A stretch of DNA of 27,726 bases. Origin: an uncultured bacterium. Lineage in GTDB: Bacteria; Macinerneyibacteriota; Macinerneyibacteria; Macinerneyibacteriales; DSCS01. Below, in pieces: positions 1 through 6,575 of the stretch (positions within the stretch are counted from its first letter, which is position 1; each line of letters begins with the position of its first letter). The notes below the pieces were generated by a model, which did not search any database, was not told the origin of the DNA, and was given only the letters and a program-made list of their open reading frames with translations. The stretch lies in assembly GCA_964548195.1 (NCBI GenBank), contig CAZJQC010000016.1, forward strand, positions 1 to 27,726, read 5' to 3'. Made by a program: the position numbers and the translations under genes.

Positions 1-7
1 GTCAGTA

Positions 8-340
8 ATGAGTAAACAAACCGAATTGGGCGTCGAGGAAAACATAGCGGCTATGCTGTCGTATTTACTTGGCTGGATATCGGGGCTGATTGTATTCCTT
101 ATAGAAAAAAACAACCGTTTTGTGAGGTTTCATGCCCTTCAGTCCCTGCTGTTTTTCGGTGGGCTGAACGTCGCTATGGTGATATTTCAATCCGTACCGG
201 GGATCGGGCGTATGCTGAGCAATCTACTCGGCATCATATGGCTTGTGTTCATGATAATAGGCGCTGTAAGATCCTATCAGGGTGAGCTGTACAAGTTTCC
301 CGTGGCCGGTGACATCGCGGCCGGTAGGATCAGCCATTAA
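8..340 (+). CDS. DUF4870-family small integral membrane protein
   Basis: 110 aa, three hydrophobic segments; family-like motifs 'ENIAAMLSYLLG', 'FVRFHALQS', 'YQGELYKFPVAG'. Confidence 0.8.
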   Translation: MSKQTELGVEENIAAMLSYLLGWISGLIVFLIEKNNRFVRFHALQSLLFFGGLNVAMVIFQSVPGIGRMLSNLLGIIWLVFMIIGAVRSYQGELYKFPVAGDIAAGRISH

Positions 341-800
341 GCTGACGGTCCCGGGACCGCAGCTTCCTGAAAAACCTCGACAACAACGCGGAACAGGTCG
401 CGGCCATCATGCCCCCGCTGACATCCGGATAATGATTCAGCCAGTCGGCTTCCAGAAGGCGGGCACGCGTTTCCACCACGCCGGCCTTGGGATCCGCGGC
501 GCCGTATATGACTTTTCGCAGCCTTGAGAGGTATATGGCGCCCGCGCACATCATGCACGGCTCCAGTGTGACGTATATGTCGCAGTTTTCAAGGCGCCAG
601 CTGCCGGTGAAGACGGCCGCCTCTCTTATGGCGGACATCTCGGCGTGGCCCGCGGGGTCGTTTTTTGTCTCGCGCGTGTTGTGTCCGCGTCCGATGATCT
701 CCCCGTCTCTGACCACAACGGCGCCCACCGGCACCTCGCCCGCCGCATAGGCCTTTAAGGCTTCCCTAAGGGCTTCGCGCATGTATTTTTCGTCATCCAT
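330..800 (-). CDS. tadA: tRNA adenosine(34) deaminase
   Basis: 'GEVPVGAV', 'DPAGHAE' and 'TLEPCMMCAGA' Zn-deaminase motifs, 'YGAADPKAG', C-terminal 'FFRKLR'. Confidence 0.92.
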   Translation of the reverse strand: MDDEKYMREALREALKAYAAGEVPVGAVVVRDGEIIGRGHNTRETKNDPAGHAEMSAIREAAVFTGSWRLENCDIYVTLEPCMMCAGAIYLSRLRKVIYGAADPKAGVVETRARLLEADWLNHYPDVSGGMMAATCSALLSRFFRKLRSRDRQLNG

Positions 801-814
801 GCGGGATTATAACA
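801..814 (-). promoter_or_regulatory. Extended -10 promoter for tadA (TGtTATAAT), 5 nt upstream of the ATG
   Basis: Minus strand reads tgtTATAATcccgcATG; no Shine-Dalgarno present. Confidence 0.6.
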
Positions 815-834
815 TGCGCAAAAGAAAAAAAAAG

Positions 835-862
835 GTGAAAGAGGGAAAATTTGCGGTATAAT
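835..862 (+). promoter_or_regulatory. sigma70-like promoter for the radical SAM gene (GTGAAA-16-TATAAT) with upstream A-tract
   Basis: gtgaaa 835-840, tataat 857-862, SD-like gaggt before ATG 887. Confidence 0.55.
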
Positions 863-886
863 GGCCTTTGAAAGAGGTAAAATGTC

Positions 887-1780
887 ATGGATGTCGCTTC
901 GGGATACAACCCTTACTACACATTTGCCAGGTATATAAAGAAAAACTTTGATACGAAGGCGTTCAGGATCTCAGTCGACGGGTTTTTCGGTTGTCCGGGG
1001 AAATGCATATATTGTGAAAACAGTTTTTATACGCCTCCTGCGGACGACCTCGTCTCACAGATCAGGCGGCAGCGGGAGCATTATACCAGGCGATTCAAAG
1101 CCGAAGCCTTTTATCTTTATTTTCAGAAGGGAACCGGTACGGCCGCCCCGGTTGAGACATTGAGACGGATCTATGACAGGGGGCTGGGCACAGGTGATTT
1201 TCTCGGTTTGATCGTAGGCACGCGGCCGGATCACGCGGATAAAGCCAAGGTGGAACTGTTCAGGGAATATTCGGAAGACATGGATGTGTGGATAGAATAT
1301 GGGCTTCAGAGCTCATATGACAGCACATTGAAGACCATCAAACGGGGACACACGTACGATGATTTTGTAAAAGCCGTTGAACTTACAGCAAAAGCGGGCG
1401 TTAAATCCACCGTCCATCTGATACTGGGGCTGCCGGGCGAGACGCCGGATATGATGGTCCGGACGGTGAGGCGTATATCCGCGTTGGGTGTTTCCGGGGT
1501 AAAGTTTCACCATCTTTATGTGCTTAAGGGCACGGAGCTGCATAGATGGTATCTGTCAGGTGATTATCGTCCCATGGGATATGGCGAATACGTCGATATC
1601 ATAACAGAATGTCTTAGAAACCTCAGAAAAGATATAGTCGTTCACCGCATACTGGGCGAAAACAGGACGGACAGACATGTCGCACCCGATTGGGACGGGG
1701 ACAAGATAAGCGTAATAAGAGCGGTGAAGGACCATATGAGAGTCAACGGCTACCGCCAGGGCGACCTCTTCGGCGACTGA
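887..1780 (+). CDS. TIGR01212 (YhcC/YtqA-like) radical SAM protein
   Basis: 'CPGKCIYC' cluster motif, 'YFQ', 'VGTRPD', 'WIEYGLQS', 'RGH', 'HLILGLPGE', 'GVKFHHLYVLKGT', 'VHR', terminal 'QG'. Confidence 0.85.
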   Translation: MDVASGYNPYYTFARYIKKNFDTKAFRISVDGFFGCPGKCIYCENSFYTPPADDLVSQIRRQREHYTRRFKAEAFYLYFQKGTGTAAPVETLRRIYDRGLGTGDFLGLIVGTRPDHADKAKVELFREYSEDMDVWIEYGLQSSYDSTLKTIKRGHTYDDFVKAVELTAKAGVKSTVHLILGLPGETPDMMVRTVRRISALGVSGVKFHHLYVLKGTELHRWYLSGDYRPMGYGEYVDIITECLRNLRKDIVVHRILGENRTDRHVAPDWDGDKISVIRAVKDHMRVNGYRQGDLFGD

Positions 1781-2624
1781 TGCCCGTACGTTCTATCAAA
1801 TAGCCGGATACAATGCCTGCGGCTATCATCAGCACGCATGGCCATAGCGGCGTGCCGGAGACGTATATTTCCGTGACCGGCTTTCTCAATGCTCCCGCCA
1901 TGAATCCAGCAAGCAGCGAAAGTGTCAGTACTCTGTGTTTTTGCAGCGCTTTTTTGACGATGCCGGATACCGTTATAAGCCCTGTGAGTATGCCCGAAAA
2001 AAGAAAGAGTATGGGGATCAGCCTCTTTGCGTCTCCTCCGGCACCGCCCGTGACCAGTGCTGTCAGGGAGCTTATATCGCTCATCACCGCAGCGTAAACG
2101 CCGAGCAGAAGAAGGATGAAAGAACCGCTGATGCCCGGAAGCATCATCGCGCAGACGGCAAGCAGCCCGGACACGAAAAGGTAAATGAGAGATATGTTGT
2201 TGCCCGAATAGGGGGTCAGGCCGGCAAGCATATAGGCGGATGCCGTTCCCGCAAGCAGCGGCAGGATCAACGTGGCTTTTGCCGGCAATATCATCCGGAA
2301 AACAGATATGACTGTTATGAAGATCAGCCCCGTGAAATAGGCGAAGGTCAAACCTGGCCGGGTGCGCAAAAGATAGGCGAGAGGCCGGCTTAACAGTATG
2401 ACTGACACTGCTATGCCTGTCGCCAAAGGTATTATAAAATTCCATGCTACGTCTTTGAACCTGCCCCTGAAACACATCTTCAGCGAATCAAGGGCTCCGA
2501 TAAAGTCCTCGTAAATGCCGGTGGCCATGGCCATTGTCCCGCCCGACACCCCGGGTATTATATCCGCCGCGCCCATGATCATTCCTTTTAAAAAAAGACT
2601 CAGATACCGTTGTATGATACTCAT
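1743..2624 (-). CDS. DUF368-family membrane protein (undecaprenyl-phosphate translocase family)
   Basis: Two repeated motifs 'ADIIPGVSGGT' and 'AMMLPGISGS'; multiple TM segments. Confidence 0.88.
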   Translation of the reverse strand: MSIIQRYLSLFLKGMIMGAADIIPGVSGGTMAMATGIYEDFIGALDSLKMCFRGRFKDVAWNFIIPLATGIAVSVILLSRPLAYLLRTRPGLTFAYFTGLIFITVISVFRMILPAKATLILPLLAGTASAYMLAGLTPYSGNNISLIYLFVSGLLAVCAMMLPGISGSFILLLLGVYAAVMSDISSLTALVTGGAGGDAKRLIPILFLFSGILTGLITVSGIVKKALQKHRVLTLSLLAGFMAGALRKPVTEIYVSGTPLWPCVLMIAAGIVSGYLIERTGISRRRGRPGGSR

Positions 2625-2630
2625 TGATGC

Positions 2631-2658
2631 ATTATATTCAACATGTGGCGGGTGTCAA
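2631..2658 (-). promoter_or_regulatory. Consensus sigma70 promoter TTGACA-16-TATAAT, 6 nt upstream of the DUF368 ATG
   Basis: Minus strand: TTGACA cccgccacatgttgaa TATAAT gcatca ATG. Confidence 0.75.
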
Positions 2659-2700
2659 ACAATAAAAAAGCTGTACAAGTCGTCCGGCCATAGAATTTAC

Positions 2701-2734
2701 TTGAAAAGAAAGAGTGATGATATTAAACTATAAT
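2701..2734 (+). promoter_or_regulatory. sigma70-like promoter for the yggS operon (TTGAAA-17-TAAACT; a TATAAT also at 2729-2734)
   Basis: Direct reading of the intergenic sequence; SD ggaggg at 2753-2758. Confidence 0.5.
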
Positions 2735-2764
2735 GAGCATTTAAAAGGAATCGGAGGGCGGCTC

Positions 2765-3457
2765 TTGAGTATCAGGGACAACATCGCAAGGATACGCGAA
2801 GAGATAGAACGTGTCAAATCTTCATGCGGCATAAACAGAAGGATATATCTCTGCGCGGCGACAAAGACCCGCGGCATAGCGGAGATCCGCAGCGCGGTGG
2901 AGGCGGGTGTTGACTTCATAGGCGAAAACAGGATACAGGAGGCCAGGGAAAAATACGGCGAGTTCGCAGACGCGGGCATCGGGAGGCATTTCATCGGCTC
3001 TCTGCAGAGGAACAAGGTAAAATACACCTTTGACCTTTTTGACTGCATACAGTCCGTGGATTCGGCCGAACTCATCGAGAGCATCGACCTGAACGCCGTC
3101 AGAAAGGACCGCGACATGGATTTCATGATCGAAGTCAATATTTCCGGCGAAGCTTCCAAACACGGCGTCCCGCCCGACGAGATGGACAGATTGATCGATT
3201 CGGCATTCAGCTGTGAACGTATACGGCTGGTGGGTCTGATGGCTATGCTCCCCCTTACCGATGATGAGTCTCTGATCGCCCGCGATGCCAGAAAGATGTA
3301 CGGACTTTTTGAAAGATACAAAAAATTGAATGACGGAAAATCCGTCGCTCTGGAGTATCTGTCCATGGGCATGAGCGGTGATTACGGTATCGCTGTCGCC
3401 GAGGGCAGCAACATAGTCAGGATCGGGACCTCCATTTTTGGGGAAAGGAGCCGGTAG
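2765..3457 (+). CDS. yggS: PLP homeostasis protein, YggS family
   Basis: 'AATKT' PLP-lysine motif, 'GENRIQE', 'HFIGSLQRNK', 'LSMGMSGDY', 'VRIGTSIFG'. Start placed at TTG 2765 behind SD ggaggg (ORF track starts at 2714). Confidence 0.93.
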   Translation: MSIRDNIARIREEIERVKSSCGINRRIYLCAATKTRGIAEIRSAVEAGVDFIGENRIQEAREKYGEFADAGIGRHFIGSLQRNKVKYTFDLFDCIQSVDSAELIESIDLNAVRKDRDMDFMIEVNISGEASKHGVPPDEMDRLIDSAFSCERIRLVGLMAMLPLTDDESLIARDARKMYGLFERYKKLNDGKSVALEYLSMGMSGDYGIAVAEGSNIVRIGTSIFGERSR

Positions 3458-4314
3458 TGCATATTGTACGCTTTACATATTCACTGAATCTTGTGGTGAT
3501 ATTGCTCAACACATATATCATGTTTTTTATCATCAGATTTTTCATACCGTTCAGCAAACAGATCATATTCAACAGACTTTACAGGTTCGTATACTATACC
3601 ACTGAGCCCGTATTGCGGCTTTTTGGAAAGAGGACGCCCGCGAAGGCAAAGACCGACAGAAGAGCTTTGCTGGTCACGATCATCTTTGCCGTGCTTTATT
3701 CGCTTTTCTGGATATTAGACAACCCCCAGAAATCCATTTACGGGGGGCTTATATACATGCTGGCCTCATTTGTCACCTACTTTTTTTATCTTTTCTCCTT
3801 TGCTTTTCTTTCAGAATTTTTCATACTCATGAGAGGGCCATACTCCTATGGGGAATTCGCAAGAATCATACACTTTTCAACCGACTATGCCGTTTCGCCG
3901 GTGAGAAGGCTGTTTCCGGGCCTCTCCAGGGGAAAAAGGGATTATGCCCCGTTGACCGGGCTTTTGTTCGTCCTGTTTCTCAGTTCGTTGTGCATGACCA
4001 TGCTCAGCGGGTTGCTGGGCGACGCCGTTTCCTTCATGGAAAATCTCGGACGCGGGCTTGAGGCCGACGTGAACATGTTCGCATATCTCTGGGTGATGCT
4101 TATTATCCTCAGGACGATACTTTCATGGTTTGTGGTCCCGGAAAGCAACTTTTTTCAGGAAAGCATGATATTCCTGACGGAACCGGTGCTTCAGCCGCTG
4201 AGAAAAGTTTTTCCGCCGTATAAGATCGGGATGGATTTTACGCCGGTGATTTCTATCGCTGTGATCCTGATCATTAAATGGGCGCTGATACTGATCATTG
4301 ATTTTCTGTTTTAA
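3457..4314 (+). CDS. YggT-family membrane protein, apparently three YGGT repeats
   Basis: 'TEPVLRLF', 'TDYAVSPVRRLFP...DYAPL', 'TEPVLQPLRKVFPP...DFTP'; directly follows yggS, GTG overlaps the yggS TAG. Confidence 0.8.
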   Translation: MHIVRFTYSLNLVVILLNTYIMFFIIRFFIPFSKQIIFNRLYRFVYYTTEPVLRLFGKRTPAKAKTDRRALLVTIIFAVLYSLFWILDNPQKSIYGGLIYMLASFVTYFFYLFSFAFLSEFFILMRGPYSYGEFARIIHFSTDYAVSPVRRLFPGLSRGKRDYAPLTGLLFVLFLSSLCMTMLSGLLGDAVSFMENLGRGLEADVNMFAYLWVMLIILRTILSWFVVPESNFFQESMIFLTEPVLQPLRKVFPPYKIGMDFTPVISIAVILIIKWALILIIDFLF

Positions 4315-4356
4315 CAAGGACAAAACGGGCGGAATATCGTCCGCCACGGGAGTATT

Positions 4357-5184
4357 ATGTACGACAAGATCGCAGAGACCGCTGCATATCTCAGGACATC
4401 AGGGATTGTCGCTTCCGACATATGTGTCATAACTGGCACCGGTTTGGGAGGGCTTGCCGCAGATGCCAGTGCCATACGTGAGATACCTTATGCGGATATT
4501 CCGGGTTTTCCCGTTTCCACTGTCGGATCCCATAAAGGGAGCCTTCTGTCGGCAAGGGTCGGTGACGCCCCCGTTCTATTCATGCAGGGCAGATTTCATC
4601 TCTATGAGGGGTATGAACCCCGTGATATTGCCTTTCCCCTGAGGGTGGCGGCTTGCATGGGGGTACACACCCTTATTGTGACAAACGCTGCGGGCGGCGT
4701 CAATCCGTCGTTTCACGCCGGGGACATAATGATCATTGAAGACCACATAAATCTGACCGGCGCCAATCCGCTTACAGGCATGAACGATGACAAAATAGGG
4801 CCCAGATTCCCGCTTATGCAGGATGCCTACTCTTCAAGGCTGCGCGCCATGGCTCTTGAGGCCGCCGGAGGGCTGGATATTTCTCTGAAAAAAGGGGTCT
4901 ATCTGGGGCTTACGGGGCCGTCCATGGAAACGGATGCAGAATACAGGATGGTCCGCGCATTGGGCGGAGATGCCGTTGGCATGTCCACTGTCACCGAGGT
5001 GATCGCTGCTGTCCACGCCGGAATGGAAGTGTTGGGATTTTCTGTGATAACGAACCAGTTTGAAGACGAGAATGAGAATGATTTTAAGGATGTCGTCTCG
5101 GTCGCGCAGCGCTCAGGCGCGTTGTTAAGCGGGCTGATCACGGCTGTCATTAAAGAACTTGACAATCAGAGCAAAAATAATTAG
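4357..5184 (+). CDS. punA: Purine-nucleoside phosphorylase (trimeric PunA/XapA type)
   Basis: 'GTGLG', 'MQGRFHLYEG', 'TNAAGG', 'DHINL', 'GPRFP', 'GPSMET', 'VGMSTV.E', 'SVITN'. Confidence 0.93.
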   Translation: MYDKIAETAAYLRTSGIVASDICVITGTGLGGLAADASAIREIPYADIPGFPVSTVGSHKGSLLSARVGDAPVLFMQGRFHLYEGYEPRDIAFPLRVAACMGVHTLIVTNAAGGVNPSFHAGDIMIIEDHINLTGANPLTGMNDDKIGPRFPLMQDAYSSRLRAMALEAAGGLDISLKKGVYLGLTGPSMETDAEYRMVRALGGDAVGMSTVTEVIAAVHAGMEVLGFSVITNQFEDENENDFKDVVSVAQRSGALLSGLITAVIKELDNQSKNN

Positions 5185-5187
5185 TAT
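5159..5187 (+). promoter_or_regulatory. Internal sigma70 promoter TTGACA-17-TAGTAT overlapping the punA 3' end
   Basis: ttgaca 5159-5164, tagtat 5182-5187, then SD aggagg 5198-5203. Confidence 0.6.
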
Positions 5188-5209
5188 CTGAAATCAAAGG
5201 AGGTTGGTT

Positions 5210-5593
5210 TTGAGGTTTAAAACGGGATTTTTGGCTTTTCTGTTTGTAATGGTGATACAGACGCAGATAATGGCGCTTGAACCCGTTCCGCATCCAAACC
5301 CCTGGAGATACGGGATCAATAATTCAGCGAACGGGGGAATGGATTTTAACATCAGAACGGATGCCACCGCCGTATCGCTTAAGATATACACCCTTTCCGG
5401 AGATCTGGTGCGCAACATAAAGGTGACAGACCTTTCGCTTATTTCCGGCGGGACGCTGACCTGGGACGGTAGAAACGAAAACGGCTGGTCAGTGTCGGGC
5501 GGCGTGTATTTCTTTTATCTTGAAGTGACATATCCCGGCACGTCCGGATCACAATCGGAAAAATTCAAAGGCAAGATCATACTGATAAATTAG
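5210..5593 (+). CDS. Exported protein: signal peptide plus a single FlgD-Ig / T9SS type A CTD-like domain
   Basis: N-terminal basic+hydrophobic signal, then 'PHPNPW', 'KIYTLSGDLV', 'TWDGRNENG', 'GGVYFFYL', terminal 'KGKIILIN'. Start TTG 5210 (6 nt after AGGAGG; ORF track starts at 5204). Confidence 0.72.
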   Translation: MRFKTGFLAFLFVMVIQTQIMALEPVPHPNPWRYGINNSANGGMDFNIRTDATAVSLKIYTLSGDLVRNIKVTDLSLISGGTLTWDGRNENGWSVSGGVYFFYLEVTYPGTSGSQSEKFKGKIILIN

Positions 5594-5602
5594 GAGGTCA
5601 TT

Positions 5603-6550
5603 ATGAGAAGATTAATAATGTCGATCGTTTTCCTGATGACCGCCGTTTTTTTCGTCTATGGATCGGGAGACGGTGAACAGGGCAGGACCGGTTCTCAGTT
5701 GCTGCGTTTGAACATGTCCGCCAGAAGCATTGCTTTGGGCGGCGGCGGAATAGCGATCGCGGATCACATCGATTCGATGAGCATGAATCCCGCGGGTATA
5801 GCGGATGTTGAGATCCGCGAGATAATGCTTTCCCATCAGGAGATGTTTGACGATGTGCGCGCGGAATACGTCGCATATACGCAGCGCTTTTTCGGCATCG
5901 CCGTGGGCATGGACCTGAGAGGTTTTTATTTCGGGATGGATGAATATGATTCGGCCGGCGCGGAAACGGGAAAGACCCTGAGCGTTTACAATATTGCGGG
6001 ATCCTTCGGAATAGGGTTGCCGCTGGGTGAAAACATAAAGTTGGGAGCCTCGTTGACCGGCCTTTACGAGTATTACGGGGACGATGCCTCCGACGATATC
6101 AATTGGGGCGTCAATGGAGGTTTTCGGGCCGACCTGCTTGACGGAAGATTGTCCGCCGGCGCCTCTTTTCGCAACGCCAGCAATGAACGTGTCGGTTTCA
6201 TCGATGAGGAAAACCGGAGTTATCCCATGCCGCTTTTGTATAACGCGGGACTGGCCTACAGATTTAAGAACAGTAATTTTCAGGACATAGTCATAGTGTG
6301 TCTTGATACCGAGATATATTGGGACAGGAAGATGGTCCCCAGCGCCGGCGTGGAATATTACCCCAAAGAATGGTTCGTCTTGAGGACCGGGTACAGACAT
6401 AATGAGGAATATGACGAAATGGACAATTTTTCGTTCGGCTTCGGCCTGACGGAGACCATCAAAAATGTCTCCGGCACACTTGATTATGCATATTCAGTGT
6501 ATGGCGACCTGGGAGCCACGCATAAGATCGCTTATACGATAAGATGGTAA
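5603..6550 (+). CDS. PorV/PorQ-family (UPF0164, FadL-like) outer-membrane beta-barrel protein
   Basis: Signal peptide; 'GSQLLRLNMSARSIALGG', 'NPAGIA'; alternating beta-strand pattern; 'LDYAY...GDLGATHKIAYTIRW' ending in an aromatic residue; SD aggagg. Confidence 0.8.
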   Translation: MRRLIMSIVFLMTAVFFVYGSGDGEQGRTGSQLLRLNMSARSIALGGGGIAIADHIDSMSMNPAGIADVEIREIMLSHQEMFDDVRAEYVAYTQRFFGIAVGMDLRGFYFGMDEYDSAGAETGKTLSVYNIAGSFGIGLPLGENIKLGASLTGLYEYYGDDASDDINWGVNGGFRADLLDGRLSAGASFRNASNERVGFIDEENRSYPMPLLYNAGLAYRFKNSNFQDIVIVCLDTEIYWDRKMVPSAGVEYYPKEWFVLRTGYRHNEEYDEMDNFSFGFGLTETIKNVSGTLDYAYSVYGDLGATHKIAYTIRW

Positions 6551-6575
6551 TACAGCTTACTAGAGGAGGCATGAA

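Noticed and set aside
1750..2475. 241-aa alternative-frame ORF within the DUF368 gene
   Set aside because: The other frame carries the conserved DUF368 motifs; this one is Arg/His-rich with no family features.
6551..6575. T-box riboswitch before ileS or proS
   Set aside because: Leaders are far too short and lack the T-box motif.
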